NCBI GenBank assembly: GCA_040217195.1
Contig: JAVJNR010000002.1
Coordinates: forward strand, 448,001 to 512,000
From: Leptospiraceae bacterium
Lineage (GTDB): Bacteria; Spirochaetota; Leptospiria; Leptospirales; Leptonemataceae
Direction of reading: 5' to 3'
Length of the DNA: 64,000 bases
The notes under the pieces are model-generated. The model ran no database searches. It worked only from the letters and a program-made list of their open reading frames with translations, and had not been told where the DNA came from. The position numbers and the translations under genes were made by a program. This document shows positions 32,794 through 44,891 of this stretch, piece after piece; position 1 is the stretch's first letter, and every line of letters begins with the position of its first letter.

Positions 32794-33414
32794 ATGGCTA
32801 AGGGCTTAATAGGAAGAAAATTGGGCATGACCCAGGTGTTTGACGAGAAGGGTAACGTAATTCCCGTTACTGTTCTTGAGGCAGGCCCCTGTGTGGTTAC
32901 CGACTTGCGCACTGAAGCACAGCATGGATACAAAGCTATTCAGCTAGGCTTCAGCGAAGTGAAGGAAAAAGCCCTGAGTAAAGCCGAGATCGGGCATGTT
33001 AAGAAGAACGGTATAGCACCGCAGCGTACGCTTATGGAATTCCGTGATGCGGATCTGGAAGTGGAAGTTGGGGCCAGCGTGGCCGTTGATCTGTTCTCCG
33101 CCGGGGATCTGGTAAGGGTGACTGCCATAAGCAAGGGAAAGGGATTTCAGGGAGTAATGAAGCGCCACGGTTTCGGTGGTGGTCGAGCGACTCATGGATC
33201 TCACTTTCATCGAGCGCCCGGTTCTATCGGTGCCAGTTCTGACCCAAGCCGGGTATTTAAAGGCAAGAAGATGCCGGGTCATACCGGGCAGCTGAGAACT
33301 TCGGTCTCTAACCTGAAGGTAATGCAGGTAGACCTGGATAATAATCGCATACTTGTAAAAGGTGCTGTGCCAGGCCCTAGAACGACCGTAGTTCGAATCG
33401 AGGTGATGGGATGA
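32794..33414 (+). CDS. rplC: 50S ribosomal protein L3
   Basis: KLGMTQ, SKGKGFQG, HRAPGSIG. Confidence 0.98.
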   Translation: MAKGLIGRKLGMTQVFDEKGNVIPVTVLEAGPCVVTDLRTEAQHGYKAIQLGFSEVKEKALSKAEIGHVKKNGIAPQRTLMEFRDADLEVEVGASVAVDLFSAGDLVRVTAISKGKGFQGVMKRHGFGGGRATHGSHFHRAPGSIGASSDPSRVFKGKKMPGHTGQLRTSVSNLKVMQVDLDNNRILVKGAVPGPRTTVVRIEVMG

Positions 33415-34055
33415 AAGCGCAGAAGTTTGACGCCACAGGAAAGAAGAGTGGGGACGTAAGTCTGCCCGCTAGCGTTTTCGGCGCTGATGTAAACCTCGGG
33501 CTGATTCGTGAGATCATCGATGCGGAAAACCGCAATCGCCGACAGGGGACTCATAAAGTTAAAACCGTGTCCGAAGTAAATGGTGGGGGCAAGAAGCCCT
33601 GGCGCCAGAAAGGAACCGGTAATGCTCGCCAGGGAACGATCCGAGCGGTGCAATGGAAAGGTGGTGGGATCTCTCATGGCCCAGTGCCCAGGGATTACAG
33701 TATTCGTATTCCCGAGAAAAAGCGACGCGCCGGGATTCGTTCAGTGCTGAGCTTTAAGGCTTCTAAAGAAGCTATTTCGGTAATGGCAGACCCGTCTATT
33801 GATGAATACAGCACGAAGAAGATGCACGGAATCTTTGAAGAGATGGGAGTTATTCCTGGTTCCACAGTGGTCTTTTTGACCCTGGGAGCGGATGAAAAAC
33901 TCCGCAGATCCGTATCTAATATTCCAGTGTTGCATCACATGGATGCCAGCCGGATTAACGCTCCGGAATTGTATTACAATTCCAGGGTTGTGATCACCGA
34001 GTCTGCTCTGGCTCATCTTGAGAAGGCCTACGCTAATGAGGGGGCCAAATCATGA
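33411..34055 (+). CDS. rplD: 50S ribosomal protein L4
   Basis: KPWRQKGTGNARQG. Confidence 0.97.
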   Translation: MKAQKFDATGKKSGDVSLPASVFGADVNLGLIREIIDAENRNRRQGTHKVKTVSEVNGGGKKPWRQKGTGNARQGTIRAVQWKGGGISHGPVPRDYSIRIPEKKRRAGIRSVLSFKASKEAISVMADPSIDEYSTKKMHGIFEEMGVIPGSTVVFLTLGADEKLRRSVSNIPVLHHMDASRINAPELYYNSRVVITESALAHLEKAYANEGAKS

Positions 34056-34351
34056 ATTTGAATGATGTTATTATTTCGCCCGTAATTACGGAGAAGACGG
34101 AAGTAGTTAAGCATGGCACACCTGGATCGGAGGTTCATACCTTCAAGATTCAGAAGCGGGCCAACAAGGAGCTGGTTAAGCAAGCTCTGTACAAGCTTTA
34201 CGGCGTGAAAGTCGATAAGGTGCGCGTGTTGAACGTGCCTTCCAGGCTGAAGCGTTTTAGAATGGATTACGCCAGGGTTCCGGGCTGGAAGAAGGCTATC
34301 GTAACTCTGGCTCCGGGTGAAAACCTGGATCTGGCGAAGGCTGCAGGATAA
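34052..34351 (+). CDS. rplW: 50S ribosomal protein L23
   Basis: P.ITEK, WKKAIVTL; synteny. Confidence 0.95.
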   Translation: MNLNDVIISPVITEKTEVVKHGTPGSEVHTFKIQKRANKELVKQALYKLYGVKVDKVRVLNVPSRLKRFRMDYARVPGWKKAIVTLAPGENLDLAKAAG

Positions 34352-34357
34352 CGTACT

Positions 34358-35200
34358 ATGCCTATTAAGAGATTTAAACCAACTACGTCAGCAACCCGAT
34401 ATAAGTCTGTCCTGGTTTTCGAAGGCCTCAGCAAAGAAGCGCCTCGTAAGAAGCTTCTGGATAGTGTGAACTATAGCGCTGGTCGAAACAATGCCGGACG
34501 AATTTCGGTTCGTCGCAAAGGTGGTCGAAACAAGCGGAAGTATCGTATAATTGACTTCAAGCGAAACAAGCTGGAAGTGCCCGGTACTGTTGCGGCGATT
34601 GAATACGACCCGAACAGAACGGCCAATATTGCTCTGATAAAGTATGCTGACGGTGAATACCGCTATATCCTGTGTCCCGATGCTCTTAAGGTTGGTGATG
34701 CAGTTCTTTCGGGCGAAAAAGCAGAAATCCGAGCCGGAAACTGTTTACCGCTAAAGAACATACCAGCTGGTACTCAAGTGCATAATATCGAGCTGCAGCC
34801 TCAAAGGGGCGGACAGATGGCTCGTTCAGCGGGCGCCTTTGCCAGCATTGCGGGTAGAGATGGAAGCTATATTTTAATTAAACTGCCAAGCGGTGAACTG
34901 CGGAAGGTTCATGAAACCTGCCGGGCCACCGTTGGTGTTATGGGTAACCGGGATCATAGCCTGGTTAGCATTGGAAAAGCAGGGCGCAAGCGCTGGATGG
35001 GGGTTCGGCCTCACGTTCGCGGCGTAGTAATGAACCCTGTGGATCACCCGCATGGTGGTGGTGAAGGTAAGACATCCGGTGGACGCCATCCAGTATCGCC
35101 CTGGGGTCAGCCTACGAAAGGCTACAAGACGCGTAAGAAGAATAATCCTACGGATCGATTCATCGTACAGCGCAGAATTAATAAGAGGATAGGACGCTAA
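34358..35200 (+). CDS. rplB: 50S ribosomal protein L2
   Basis: [19 protein letters not shown]. Confidence 0.99.
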   Translation: MPIKRFKPTTSATRYKSVLVFEGLSKEAPRKKLLDSVNYSAGRNNAGRISVRRKGGRNKRKYRIIDFKRNKLEVPGTVAAIEYDPNRTANIALIKYADGEYRYILCPDALKVGDAVLSGEKAEIRAGNCLPLKNIPAGTQVHNIELQPQRGGQMARSAGAFASIAGRDGSYILIKLPSGELRKVHETCRATVGVMGNRDHSLVSIGKAGRKRWMGVRPHVRGVVMNPVDHPHGGGEGKTSGGRHPVSPWGQPTKGYKTRKKNNPTDRFIVQRRINKRIGR

Positions 35201-35202
35201 GC

Positions 35203-35481
35203 ATGGCCAGATCACTAAAGAAAGGGCCTTACGTAGAAGAGTCCCTGATGAACAGGATTAACCAGATGAATGCAGAAGGGAATAAGAAGCCCTTCAAGAC
35301 CTGGTCTCGTCGCTCAACCATCTTCCCGGAGATGATTGGTCATACTATGCTGGTGCATAATGGGCAGAAGTTTGTGCCTGTCTACGTAAACGAGAATATG
35401 GTGGGTCATAAGCTCGGGGAGTTTGCTCCTACTCGTACCTACAAAGGGCATACCAGCCTGGACAGGAAGGTTAAGAGATAA
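35203..35481 (+). CDS. rpsS: 30S ribosomal protein S19
   Basis: RSLKKGP, TWSRRS, GHKLGEF. Confidence 0.98.
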   Translation: MARSLKKGPYVEESLMNRINQMNAEGNKKPFKTWSRRSTIFPEMIGHTMLVHNGQKFVPVYVNENMVGHKLGEFAPTRTYKGHTSLDRKVKR

Positions 35482-35819
35482 TGGAAGCTAAAGCTGTTGC
35501 AAAATTCCTGCTGGTTAGCCCCCGAAAGGTTCGCCTGGTGGCAAATGAGATTCGAGGTTATCCCTACAGCGAAGCGATTGATTACCTGCGATTCATTCCT
35601 CGTAAGGGAGCGGTCTTACTGAAGAAAGTTCTGGAGTCTGCAAAGGCCAACGCAGCGAACAACAATGAGAATCTTGATGAGACTCAGTTGTTCGTAAAGA
35701 AAGTGTATATCGACGGCGGTCCTACTATGAGAAGGTTTCGTCCACGAGCACGAGGTCGTGCAATGCAGCGACTGAAAAGAATCAGCCACATTACAGTGGT
35801 GTTGAGTGATGAGAACTAA
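35481..35819 (+). CDS. rplV: 50S ribosomal protein L22
   Basis: [16 protein letters not shown]. Confidence 0.98.
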   Translation: MEAKAVAKFLLVSPRKVRLVANEIRGYPYSEAIDYLRFIPRKGAVLLKKVLESAKANAANNNENLDETQLFVKKVYIDGGPTMRRFRPRARGRAMQRLKRISHITVVLSDEN

Positions 35820-35832
35820 GGAATTTTAGATT

Positions 35833-36513
35833 ATGGGTCAGAAAGTTAATCCAATCGGACTGCGGCTGGGAATCACACGCTCCTGGGATTCAATATGGTA
35901 TTCCAAGGAAGGGTACCAGGATGCACTGCATGAGGACCTGATGATTCGTCAGTATCTGCAGAAGCGATATAAGAGGGCAGGTCTGCTTCGCATCGTGATT
36001 GAGCGATTCCCGGAAAAGATCAACGTAAACCTCCATACTGTAAGACCCGGTCAGATTATTGGCCCTAAAGGGGTAGCGATTGAGGCGGTTAAAGCGGAGC
36101 TAAAGAAACGGGTTTCTCTGCCTCTGAACCTGAGTATTGTTGAAGTGAAGAAACCGGAAACTGTTGCGAAAGTGATCGGAGAGAACATCGCCCAGCAGCT
36201 GGAACAAAGAATGCCCTTCCGGCGTGTAATGAAGCAAGCTCTGCGAGGAGCGATGCGCGGCGGGGTTGATGGAATTAAGATTATGGTGTCCGGCCGATTA
36301 AATGGCGCGGATATGGCTCGGACTGAGCAATACAAGGATGGCCGAGTGCCCCTTCATACGCTGCGAGCGCGTATAGAGTATGCAATCAGCGAAGCTAAAA
36401 CCACCTACGGAATTCTGGGAGTAAAAGTCTGGACCTATCATGGTGACCTGCTGCCAGGAACTGAAGTGGAAGAAGAAGAGCAGCCCCAGCGAAGGAGAGG
36501 GGGCCGCCAGTAA
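35833..36513 (+). CDS. rpsC: 30S ribosomal protein S3
   Basis: [23 protein letters not shown]. Confidence 0.98.
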   Translation: MGQKVNPIGLRLGITRSWDSIWYSKEGYQDALHEDLMIRQYLQKRYKRAGLLRIVIERFPEKINVNLHTVRPGQIIGPKGVAIEAVKAELKKRVSLPLNLSIVEVKKPETVAKVIGENIAQQLEQRMPFRRVMKQALRGAMRGGVDGIKIMVSGRLNGADMARTEQYKDGRVPLHTLRARIEYAISEAKTTYGILGVKVWTYHGDLLPGTEVEEEEQPQRRRGGRQ

Positions 36514-36538
36514 GAGCGGACTTTTTCCGAGGTAAGAT

Positions 36539-36952
36539 ATGTTATCACCGAAGCGCGTAAAATACAGAAAGCGACAACGCGGTCGTCTGAGAGGCCTGGC
36601 CCATCGAGGCAACAAAGTGTCTTTCGGAGAATTCGGCCTGAAAGCTATAGAATCCGGTCGGCTTACGGCCCGCCAGATTGAAGCAGCTCGTCGAGCCATG
36701 ACCAGGCACGTAAAGCGGGGCGGTAAAATGTGGATTCGGATCTTTCCCGATCAGCCCGTGACCAAGAAACCGGCCGAAACTCGTATGGGTAGTGGTAAAG
36801 GTAGCCCTGAATACTGGGTAGCAGTTGTAAGACCCGGTCGGGTGCTGTTCGAAATGAGCGGTGTATCCGAAAGTCTGGCCAAAGAAGCTCTGGCCCTGGC
36901 AGCGCATAAGCTACCCATGAAGACTTCTTTCGTAAGAAAGGATCTGATCTAA
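36539..36952 (+). CDS. rplP: 50S ribosomal protein L16
   Basis: ETRMGSGKG. Confidence 0.98.
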   Translation: MLSPKRVKYRKRQRGRLRGLAHRGNKVSFGEFGLKAIESGRLTARQIEAARRAMTRHVKRGGKMWIRIFPDQPVTKKPAETRMGSGKGSPEYWVAVVRPGRVLFEMSGVSESLAKEALALAAHKLPMKTSFVRKDLI

Positions 36953-36962
36953 GAGGAAGAAA

Positions 36963-37208
36963 ATGGCATCATCGTATCATGAAATGACAGAGGAGAACCT
37001 GAAGGAACAACTGGAGCAGGCGAAAGCAGAGCTGCGCGAGCTTCGGTTTACATTCGGGATCGCTCGATCGCTTCAGAAGCCAGCCAGAGTAGGCCAGCTA
37101 AAGAAGAATGTAGCCCGGATTAATACAGTTCTCCGGGAACGAGAGATGGGTATTGCATCCCAGAAAGAGGCAACTTCGAAAGGAAAAGGGAAGTCTCGTA
37201 AGAAATAG
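36963..37208 (+). CDS. rpmC: 50S ribosomal protein L29 with basic C-terminal extension
   Basis: ELRF......KK.VARI.TVLRE; synteny. Confidence 0.93.
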   Translation: MASSYHEMTEENLKEQLEQAKAELRELRFTFGIARSLQKPARVGQLKKNVARINTVLREREMGIASQKEATSKGKGKSRKK

Positions 37209-37222
37209 ACGGCAGTAATAGT

Positions 37223-37486
37223 ATGAAGACGCGAGCCAAAAGAATTAGAACGATTGTGGGCCGGGTAGTCTCGGATAAGACCGACAAAACCCGAGTAATC
37301 CTCGTAGAGACGTTTTTCACTCATCCGAAGTTCAAGAAGACAGTGAAGCGGTCCCAGCGTATTAAAATCCACGATGAAAAGAATGAATCCAGAGAGGGAG
37401 ATATTGTCAGCGCAATAGAAACGCGACCTCTGTCTCGATGGAAGCGTCATCGACTATTCAAAGTTGTTGAGAGGCCACAAGCATGA
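37223..37486 (+). CDS. rpsQ: 30S ribosomal protein S17
   Basis: GRVVSDK.DKT, HDE, ETRPLS..KR. Confidence 0.97.
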   Translation: MKTRAKRIRTIVGRVVSDKTDKTRVILVETFFTHPKFKKTVKRSQRIKIHDEKNESREGDIVSAIETRPLSRWKRHRLFKVVERPQA

Positions 37487-37875
37487 TTCAGATGCAGACA
37501 ATGCTCGAGGTAGCAGACAATACCGGGGCACGTAAGGTTATGTGTGTGAAGGTCCTGGGCGGAAGCAAGAAGCGGTACGCCACAGTGGGCGATATTATCG
37601 TGGTGGCTGTTAAGGATTCCCTGCCTGCTTACGGGCTGAAGGATGGAACCGGTAAGAAAGTGCACAACAAAGCAGTGCAAAAAGCAGTGGTTGTACGGAC
37701 CAGAAAAGAGATCCGACGCCCTGATGGTTCCTATATCCGTTTCGACGACAATGCATGTGCCATTATCGATGATAAAATGAATCCTCGGGGAACTCGTATC
37801 TTTGGGCCAGTGGCTCGTGAGCTGCGGGACCGAAAATTTATGAAGATTGTATCCCTGGCGCCGGAGGTTCTATAA
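37483..37875 (+). CDS. rplN: 50S ribosomal protein L14
   Basis: VADNTGA, FDDNA, SLAPEVL. Confidence 0.98.
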   Translation: MIQMQTMLEVADNTGARKVMCVKVLGGSKKRYATVGDIIVVAVKDSLPAYGLKDGTGKKVHNKAVQKAVVVRTRKEIRRPDGSYIRFDDNACAIIDDKMNPRGTRIFGPVARELRDRKFMKIVSLAPEVL

Positions 37876-38235
37876 ATGAATCGTTTTGCTCAAAAGATTC
37901 AAGAGCAGGAAAAATACCGTCACCGAAAGCTGATCTTGAAGAACGGCGATGAAGTGGTGGTGATTTCAGGCAAAGAAAAGGGAAAGCGCGGCAAAATCCT
38001 GCATGTGGATCGCGCCAACGATCGCATCTACGTTGAAGGTGTGAACAAGATCAAAAGATTCATGCGACCTTCCCAGGAGAATCCCCAGGGTGGAGTCATT
38101 GAAATTGAAGCTCCTATGCATCTATCCAACGTTCTCTTCTATGACAGTAAGAAGAAGAAAGGTGTTAAACTGGGTAAGAAAGTCGAGGACGGAAAGCGTG
38201 TTCGAGTAACACGTCCGGAAGGCAAAACCGTCTAG
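37876..38235 (+). CDS. rplX: 50S ribosomal protein L24
   Basis: [26 protein letters not shown]. Confidence 0.97.
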   Translation: MNRFAQKIQEQEKYRHRKLILKNGDEVVVISGKEKGKRGKILHVDRANDRIYVEGVNKIKRFMRPSQENPQGGVIEIEAPMHLSNVLFYDSKKKKGVKLGKKVEDGKRVRVTRPEGKTV

Positions 38236-38251
38236 TTTGAGGAAATTATAA

Positions 38252-38794
38252 ATGGATCAGTTGCTAGAGAAATATAGATCCGAGGTAATCGGTCAACTGC
38301 GAGAGAAATTCCAGTACAAGAGCCTGATGCAGGTTCCTGCACTGGAGAAGATCAGTCTGAACATTGGAATCGGTGATGCACCTACGAATCCCAAGGCCCT
38401 GGAAGCAGCGGTTGAGGAACTGGGGTTGATCACCGGTCAAAAGGCTGTTCGTACTAAAGCCAAAAAGTCCATCGCCGGGTTTAAGCTTCGGGAAGGAATG
38501 GCTATTGGGGCTCGCGTTACGCTGCGTGGAAATCGCATGTATGAGTTTCTATTCAGGCTCATTAATATCGCTATTCCTCGTGTAAGGGACTTCAGGGGGC
38601 TAAACCCCAATGGATTCGATGGTAGAGGAAACTACAATTTCTCGATCAGGGAACAGATTATCTTTCCCGAGATCAGTGTAGATCAGGTAGATTCTTACCA
38701 TGGACTGAATGTTACAATTACGACAACGGCACCTACTGACGATGAGGGCCGGGAGCTGCTTGCCGGGCTGGGATTCCCATTCCGCAAGAGTTGA
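38252..38794 (+). CDS. rplE: 50S ribosomal protein L5
   Basis: [26 protein letters not shown]. Confidence 0.98.
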   Translation: MDQLLEKYRSEVIGQLREKFQYKSLMQVPALEKISLNIGIGDAPTNPKALEAAVEELGLITGQKAVRTKAKKSIAGFKLREGMAIGARVTLRGNRMYEFLFRLINIAIPRVRDFRGLNPNGFDGRGNYNFSIREQIIFPEISVDQVDSYHGLNVTITTTAPTDDEGRELLAGLGFPFRKS

Positions 38795-38812
38795 TTCTGG
38801 GAGTATTATAAA

Positions 38813-38998
38813 ATGGCTCGAAAGGCAATGATGGAAAAAATGAAGCGCAAGCCGCGCTTCAAAGTGCGAGAGCACAACCGCTGCCCGATTTGTGGTAGGC
38901 CCCGGGGGTTCCTGCGAAGGTTTCGCATGTGCCGTATTTGTTTTAGACAACTGGCCAGTATGGGCCAAATACCCGGAGTAACCAAATCATCCTGGTAA
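38813..38998 (+). CDS. rpsZ: 30S ribosomal protein S14, zinc-binding type Z
   Basis: 61 aa; CPIC...CRIC. Confidence 0.96.
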   Translation: MARKAMMEKMKRKPRFKVREHNRCPICGRPRGFLRRFRMCRICFRQLASMGQIPGVTKSSW

Positions 38999-39016
38999 GG
39001 AAGGAGAAAGACTGCA

Positions 39017-39412
39017 ATGAGTTTGAGTGATCCTATAGCGGATATGTTGACCCGGATACGAAATGCATCCCGGGCAGGTCATCCTAAAGTGAGTTTTGCA
39101 GGCTCCAACCTGAAGGAGAGCATCGTTTCTATTCTAAAGAACGAAGGCTTTATTGCAAACTACGAAGTGAAGAAAGAGAATAACAAGAGCAACATCGAGG
39201 TGGAGCTCAAGTACATCAACAAGAGCCCGGTGATCAAAGAGATCGAACGGGTGAGTAAACCAGGTCGCCGGATCTATAGCAAGAGTCAGGAAATGCGACC
39301 TGTGCGAAACAATATGGGGATCGCCATCCTTTCTACTTCCCACGGTGTAATGACCGGTCGGAAAGCGAAAAAGATGAATGTTGGTGGAGAGATCCTGTTA
39401 AGGGTCTGGTGA
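39017..39412 (+). CDS. rpsH: 30S ribosomal protein S8
   Basis: DPIADMLTRIRNA, SKPGRRIY. Confidence 0.98.
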   Translation: MSLSDPIADMLTRIRNASRAGHPKVSFAGSNLKESIVSILKNEGFIANYEVKKENNKSNIEVELKYINKSPVIKEIERVSKPGRRIYSKSQEMRPVRNNMGIAILSTSHGVMTGRKAKKMNVGGEILLRVW

Positions 39413-39434
39413 TCCTTTCTGGGAGTTATTAAAG

Positions 39435-39983
39435 ATGTCAAGAGTTGGAAAAGCGCCCATTAAACTCCCTTCCGGTGTGGAAGTGAATGTTCAGGGACAG
39501 AGTATCAACGTTAAGGGACCCAAGGGATCCCTGGCTTCTCCTCTTCCTGAAGGCATAAGCCTGAGCCAGGAAGACGGTATGGTAAGCTTTGCCCGTGCGG
39601 ATGAATCCAAGAAGCAGCGTGAGAGGCATGGTCTTGCTCGTGCCTTGCTGCAGAATTGCGTGACTGGAGTCAGCACAGGATGGAGCAGAAACCTGGAACT
39701 GGTTGGAGTTGGTTATAGAGTTCAATTGAAGGGTAAAGAACTTGTACTCTCATTGGGCTATTCACATGAAGTGAAATATCCCCTCCCTGACGGAGTGGAA
39801 GCCCAGGTGACTGATCAGACCAGGCTTCAATTGAGTGGTATTGACCGCCAGAAGCTGGGACAGGTCGCCTCAGAAATTAGATCATTCCGCCCACCGGAGC
39901 CCTACAAAGGAAAAGGGGTTCGATACGCGGGAGAACAAATCCGCCGAAAAGCTGGTAAAGCCGGTAAGGCAGGGAAGAAATAA
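39435..39983 (+). CDS. rplF: 50S ribosomal protein L6
   Basis: MSRVGK.PI, PEPYKGKGVRY. Confidence 0.98.
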   Translation: MSRVGKAPIKLPSGVEVNVQGQSINVKGPKGSLASPLPEGISLSQEDGMVSFARADESKKQRERHGLARALLQNCVTGVSTGWSRNLELVGVGYRVQLKGKELVLSLGYSHEVKYPLPDGVEAQVTDQTRLQLSGIDRQKLGQVASEIRSFRPPEPYKGKGVRYAGEQIRRKAGKAGKAGKK

Positions 39984-40038
39984 GCAAGTCGGGGCTAATT
40001 GTCGATAGGGCCACCCCGGCGCATGGAATGGAAAATAT

Positions 40039-40398
40039 ATGAATCGGCTGCATGAAAAAAGACACAGGCTTGGAAAAAGAGTCCAGACTATTCGCAAAGC
40101 GATTCGGTCCAAGAATCGTCGACCGCGTTTGATCTTGAATCGAACGAACAAGTATCTTTTTGCCCAGATTGTAGATGATGAGACCGGTAGCGTAGTCTGC
40201 TCGGCTTCTACTCTGGAGAAGAGCTATAACGGTCCCAAAAAGACACTGGAAGCCGCCAAGAAGCTGGGAGAAGTCCTGGCCGGTCGTGCCAAAGAGAAGG
40301 GCATTACTCGAGTAGTCTTTGATCGTCGTGGTCGCCTGTATCACGGTCGAATGGCACATTTCGCCGATGCAGCCCGCGAAGGCGGACTGGAGTTTTAA
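40039..40398 (+). CDS. rplR: 50S ribosomal protein L18
   Basis: RPRL, VVFDR....[12 protein letters not shown]. Confidence 0.97.
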   Translation: MNRLHEKRHRLGKRVQTIRKAIRSKNRRPRLILNRTNKYLFAQIVDDETGSVVCSASTLEKSYNGPKKTLEAAKKLGEVLAGRAKEKGITRVVFDRRGRLYHGRMAHFADAAREGGLEF

Positions 40399-40400
40399 TT

Positions 40401-40925
40401 ATGGTAGAAGAGCAACAAGTAAAAGAGTACGTCGAGAAGGTCGTAAAGATCAACCGTGTATCGAAAGTGGTTAAAGGAGGACGAAGGTTCTCCTTTAATG
40501 CACTTGCTGTAGTTGGCGATCAAACCGGTTCCGTCGGTATTGGGCTGGGAAAGGCCAATGAAGTTCCGGATGCAATTCGAAAAGCCATCGAAGCGGCCCG
40601 GCACCACATGGTGGACGTACGGCTTACTCGAAAGAAGACCATCCCACACGAAGTTGTAGGGGCCTACAAGAGTACTCGAGTTCTGCTTCGTCCGGCCACT
40701 GCGGGAACGGGTATTATTGCCGGTGAAGCCGTGCGATCGGTACTGGAACAGGCAGGAGTGCACGATGTTCTTTCCAAGGTTCATGGCTCCAAGAATGCAA
40801 TTAACGTAGTTCGTGCTACTCTGGATGCGCTGGTGCAATTGGAAACTCCAATTGTTTCAGCTCAGAAACGTGGACTGAGCCTGGCGCAGCTCTTCGGTAA
40901 TCTGGACGATGAGTCCATGAACTGA
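40401..40925 (+). CDS. rpsE: 30S ribosomal protein S5
   Basis: [21 protein letters not shown]. Confidence 0.98.
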   Translation: MVEEQQVKEYVEKVVKINRVSKVVKGGRRFSFNALAVVGDQTGSVGIGLGKANEVPDAIRKAIEAARHHMVDVRLTRKKTIPHEVVGAYKSTRVLLRPATAGTGIIAGEAVRSVLEQAGVHDVLSKVHGSKNAINVVRATLDALVQLETPIVSAQKRGLSLAQLFGNLDDESMN

Positions 40926-40947
40926 GATTCCACTGCGGATAAAGAAA

Positions 40948-41139
40948 ATGAGCGATAAGAAAGTAAAAGTTACATTGGTTAAGAGCGCCATCGGTAGAAA
41001 GCCGGAGCACCGAGCTACATTGAGAGCTCTGGGGCTGCGCAAGACCAATGCAGTACGTATTCATACATTGAACCCGGCAGTAAAAGGTATGATCCATCAG
41101 GTGGGTTATATGCTGAAGGTGGAGGATCATAATGGCTGA
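40948..41139 (+). CDS. rpmD: 50S ribosomal protein L30
   Basis: TLVKS.IGR, ALGLRK, GMI..V. Confidence 0.96.
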   Translation: MSDKKVKVTLVKSAIGRKPEHRATLRALGLRKTNAVRIHTLNPAVKGMIHQVGYMLKVEDHNG

Positions 41140-41686
41140 GGAAACTCTCAAGTATTCATCGCTTTTTCCTGAAAAGAAGCGCAATAAAGTTAGCCGCTCC
41201 ACCGAGTTGGCGGAACTGCCCCAGGGGGATGCCGGACGTAAACTAAAGATGCGTCTGGGTCGTGGCAAAGGCACCGGCAAAGGCAAGACTGCGGGAAGAG
41301 GCCAGAAAGGTCAGAAATCTCGGGCAGGTTATTCCATGACTCCAGGCTTTGAGGGTGGGCAGATGCCTCTGCATCGTCGATTACCCAAGCGTGGTTTCAG
41401 CAGTCCGGATCCTAAAAGCTTTCAGACCATAAATCTCTGGGTGCTGGAACAATCCGGTCTCTCCGGTGAATTGGGCGGAGGCGAACTTCAGTCCAAGGGC
41501 CTGGTAGCTGATGGGTCAGAATTGATTAAGATTCTGGGAACCGGGGACATTAAGTCCAGGGTTTCGCTGAAAGTGGATGCGGTTTCTGCGTCAGCCAGGC
41601 AAAAAATCGAAGCGGCCGGTGGATCTATTGAGATTCGAACTGCGGCCGATCGTCGCGAACTGAAAAAGAAAAAAGCGGGCGCTTGA
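41132..41686 (+). CDS. rplO: 50S ribosomal protein L15 (extended N- and C-termini)
   Basis: [36 protein letters not shown]. Confidence 0.97.
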   Translation: MAEETLKYSSLFPEKKRNKVSRSTELAELPQGDAGRKLKMRLGRGKGTGKGKTAGRGQKGQKSRAGYSMTPGFEGGQMPLHRRLPKRGFSSPDPKSFQTINLWVLEQSGLSGELGGGELQSKGLVADGSELIKILGTGDIKSRVSLKVDAVSASARQKIEAAGGSIEIRTAADRRELKKKKAGA

Positions 41687-41709
41687 TCGTCCTGGGATAG
41701 CATTTCTTT

Positions 41710-43068
41710 ATGAGTGCACTGATAACAATTTTTAGAATTCCGGAACTTAGGAAAAAGATCATGTATACCATCGGCTTGCTGGTGGTATTTAGAATGGGTT
41801 CTTTCATTTCCATTCCAGGTGTAAACCCGGTGGCTGTGGCTCAGGCCAGACCTCCGGGACAGTCTTTTCTGGATGTGGTAAATGTTTTCTCCGGTGGTGC
41901 ACTGTTTAAACTGTCCATTTTCTCGCTGGGTATTATGCCCTACATTTCTGCATCGATTATTATGAGCCTATTGACAGTAGTCATTCCGGCTCTGGCTCGA
42001 CTGCAGAGAGAGGGAGAAGAGGGACGAAAAACAATCAATCGATACACTCGCTATGGTACGGTGGTGCTTTGCGCTATCCAGGCAGTGTTTATTCTGATCT
42101 GGGCTTCGGAGGAGCGTAATACACTTCAGCAGCCTCTGGTTTCAGAAGCAATGAATCCCACCTGGTTTTTTATTGTTGGTGTGGTAGCCATTACAACGGG
42201 TACCATTCTACTAATGTGGATGGGAGAGCAGATAACGGAGCGAGGCATTGGTAATGGTGCTTCACTGATTATTTTTGCCGGTATTATCGCTCAGCTTCCA
42301 GGTATGCTTCTGCAAATGTTTCGTGATGCAGATATCCAGATCTTCGATGTTATTATCCTTTTGCTGCTATTTATTATCCTGATTTCACTTACTGTGATTC
42401 TGTCTCAGGGAGTGCGCAAGGTCCCACTGCAGTATGGTAAGAAGATGCAGGGTCGGAGAATGGTTCAGGCTCAGAGCCAGAGTATTCAGTTTAAGCTGAA
42501 CTCGGCAAACGTTATGCCTATCATTTTCGCATCATCGTTGCTGTTGTTTCCACAAACTGTGTTTGGTATGCTTGGTGAGAGCTCTTCCAGCAGTGTCTGG
42601 ATCAGTCTGCAGCAATGGCTAAACCCATTTGCGCCTGTTTTCTATCAGCAGATCCCTTACTATTTGATCTATACTCTGCTAATTGTTTTCTTTGCCTATT
42701 TTTACACTGCAATCTATATCAATCCCCAGGAACTGGCGGAAAACCTGAAAAAATTCGGTGGCTTCATTCCTGGAATTCGACCGGGAACGCATACCCGTGA
42801 ATACATAGAAGGCACTTTAAACAGGATCATTCTTCCAGGAGCGATGTTTCTGGCCGGTCTGGCCCTGGCTCCTTATTTCATTATCAATGCTATGGACCTG
42901 AAGGCTAACCAGAACATTCAAGGACTGGCTTATACCTTTGGCGGAACCTCCCTCCTCATCATTGTAGGTGTGGCTCTGGATACACTGAAACAAATTGAAG
43001 CCCAGCTCAAAATGCGTAACTATCAGGGCTTCATGAAGAAAGGTAAAATCCGAGGGAGGTTGAAGTAA
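41710..43068 (+). CDS. secY: preprotein translocase SecY
   Basis: [40 protein letters not shown]. Confidence 0.99.
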   Translation: MSALITIFRIPELRKKIMYTIGLLVVFRMGSFISIPGVNPVAVAQARPPGQSFLDVVNVFSGGALFKLSIFSLGIMPYISASIIMSLLTVVIPALARLQREGEEGRKTINRYTRYGTVVLCAIQAVFILIWASEERNTLQQPLVSEAMNPTWFFIVGVVAITTGTILLMWMGEQITERGIGNGASLIIFAGIIAQLPGMLLQMFRDADIQIFDVIILLLLFIILISLTVILSQGVRKVPLQYGKKMQGRRMVQAQSQSIQFKLNSANVMPIIFASSLLLFPQTVFGMLGESSSSSVWISLQQWLNPFAPVFYQQIPYYLIYTLLIVFFAYFYTAIYINPQELAENLKKFGGFIPGIRPGTHTREYIEGTLNRIILPGAMFLAGLALAPYFIINAMDLKANQNIQGLAYTFGGTSLLIIVGVALDTLKQIEAQLKMRNYQGFMKKGKIRGRLK

Positions 43069-43631
43069 TGCGAATTGTATTTATGGGTCCCCCGGGTGCT
43101 GGAAAAGGTACCCAGGCCAAGATCATATGTTCCGAAGTAGGTATTCCTCAGATTTCCACAGGGGAAATTCTGCGCAATGCTATGGAAAGCGGAAGTGAGC
43201 TTGGCAAAGAAGCTAAGAGTTATGTTGAGTCAGGCGGCCTGGTGCCGGATTCCGTAGTTATTGGAATCGTAAAAGAGCGGATTCAAGAACCTGACTGTGA
43301 GAAAGGCTATCTGCTGGACGGGTTTCCTCGAACGTTAGAGCAAGCGGATGCTCTTAAGAAGATGACCGAAGAGCTGGGGAAGCCCCTTGATGTGGCTCTC
43401 AATCTTGCCGTGCCTCAGGATGAGCTGGTTAAGCGACTGCTGGACCGTGCTCAAAAAGAAGGGCGGCCAGATGATACTGAGCCGGTTATCAAGAGCCGGC
43501 TGAAAACCTATGAGGAGCAAACCCTGCCCCTCGTGGATTACTATAAAAAAGAAGGTATCCTGAAGGAAGTGGATGGTCTGGGTAGTATGGATGACATAAC
43601 TGCCCGAATCAAGACAGCCCTGGGTATCTAA
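43068..43631 (+). CDS. adk: adenylate kinase, short-LID type
   Basis: GPPGAGKGTQ, LDGFPRT; only about 8 residues between RL..R and RPDD. Confidence 0.97.
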   Translation: MRIVFMGPPGAGKGTQAKIICSEVGIPQISTGEILRNAMESGSELGKEAKSYVESGGLVPDSVVIGIVKERIQEPDCEKGYLLDGFPRTLEQADALKKMTEELGKPLDVALNLAVPQDELVKRLLDRAQKEGRPDDTEPVIKSRLKTYEEQTLPLVDYYKKEGILKEVDGLGSMDDITARIKTALGI

Positions 43632-43735
43632 CCAGACCAGATTTTTGAACCGTCCCGCCTCTTGCAGCAAGAAATTGCCTGACGGCAGAGGGGGGCTTCC
43701 AAAGTATGGCATCTGGATTCATCGGAGTTTAAAGA

Positions 43736-43954
43736 GTGGCCAAAGAAGGTGCAATAGAAGTAGAAGGCAAGGTCATTGAACCTCTGCCCAATGCAATGTT
43801 CCGGGTTGAACTGGACAACGGCCATCAAGTGCTGGCGCACATTTCCGGAAAGATGAGAATGCATTACATTCGAATTCTTCCCGGAGATAAGGTAACCGTG
43901 GAATTATCCCCCTATGATTTAACCAGGGGTCGCATTACATACAGGAAAAAGTAA
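43736..43954 (+). CDS. infA: translation initiation factor IF-1 (GTG start)
   Basis: [26 protein letters not shown]. Confidence 0.98.
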   Translation: MAKEGAIEVEGKVIEPLPNAMFRVELDNGHQVLAHISGKMRMHYIRILPGDKVTVELSPYDLTRGRITYRKK

Positions 43955-44068
43955 ATGAAGATTCGAGTCTCTGTGAAGAAAATGTGTAGTGAATGTCGCG
44001 TAATTAAGCGCCGGGGCATTGTACGCGTAATTTGCAGCAACCCGCGACACAAGCAACGCCAGGGTTGA
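43955..44068 (+). CDS. rpmJ: 50S ribosomal protein L36, zinc-binding (absent from ORF track)
   Basis: my translation: [37 protein letters not shown]. Confidence 0.97.
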   Translation: MKIRVSVKKMCSECRVIKRRGIVRVICSNPRHKQRQG

Positions 44069-44100
44069 GAGTTTAACAGGAATTAGTATCAGGAAGAATT

Positions 44101-44478
44101 ATGGCAAGGATAGCAGGCGTAGACCTACCAAGAGATAAGAGAGTTGTTGTTGGACTGACCTACATTTTCGGAATCGGTCCCTCTCTCAGTAAGCGTATTC
44201 TGAAGAAGGCCGGCATAGATGAGTCCATCCGAGTTCGGGACTTGGACGAACAGCAGGTAGCAAGCATCAGAAATACCATCTCTGGCGAATATCAAGTGGA
44301 AGGTGATCTTCGAACGGAAGTGAACCTGAACATCAAGCGACTGATGGATATTGGCTGCTATCGAGGGTTGCGCCATCGTATGGGACTGCCTGCTCGTGGG
44401 CAACGAACCCGTACCAACTCCCGTACCAGAAAGGGACGTCGCAAAACCGTGGCTAACAAGAAGAAGCCAGGTAAATAA
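44101..44478 (+). CDS. rpsM: 30S ribosomal protein S13
   Basis: [26 protein letters not shown]. Confidence 0.98.
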   Translation: MARIAGVDLPRDKRVVVGLTYIFGIGPSLSKRILKKAGIDESIRVRDLDEQQVASIRNTISGEYQVEGDLRTEVNLNIKRLMDIGCYRGLRHRMGLPARGQRTRTNSRTRKGRRKTVANKKKPGK

Positions 44479-44510
44479 GCAATAAGAGTTAATACCTCGC
44501 AGGGAAGACA

Positions 44511-44891
44511 ATGGCCAAGAGTAATAGAAAAAAGGAAAAGAAGAGCGTCGCAAGAGGCCGCGTTTATATTAACGCTACATTTAATAATACTATCATTACG
44601 ATCACGGATTTGCAGGGAAATACCCTGGCATGGTCCTCTTCCGGGCACCTGAACTTTCGCGGCTCTCGAAAATCTACGCCTTATGCGGCGCAGATGGCAG
44701 CAAGAAATGCGGCGGAGAAGGCAAGAGAGTACGGTCTACGAGAAGTAGAAGTGCTGGTCAAAGGCCCGGGAATTGGACGCGAATCCGCTATTCGTGCGCT
44801 GGCCAATGAAGGCTATCATGTGAGCACCATTCGGGATGTAACGCCACTGCCTCATAACGGTTGCCGGCCCAAGAAGAAACGAAGGGTATAA
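44511..44891 (+). CDS. rpsK: 30S ribosomal protein S11
   Basis: [25 protein letters not shown]. Confidence 0.98.
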   Translation: MAKSNRKKEKKSVARGRVYINATFNNTIITITDLQGNTLAWSSSGHLNFRGSRKSTPYAAQMAARNAAEKAREYGLREVEVLVKGPGIGRESAIRALANEGYHVSTIRDVTPLPHNGCRPKKKRRV

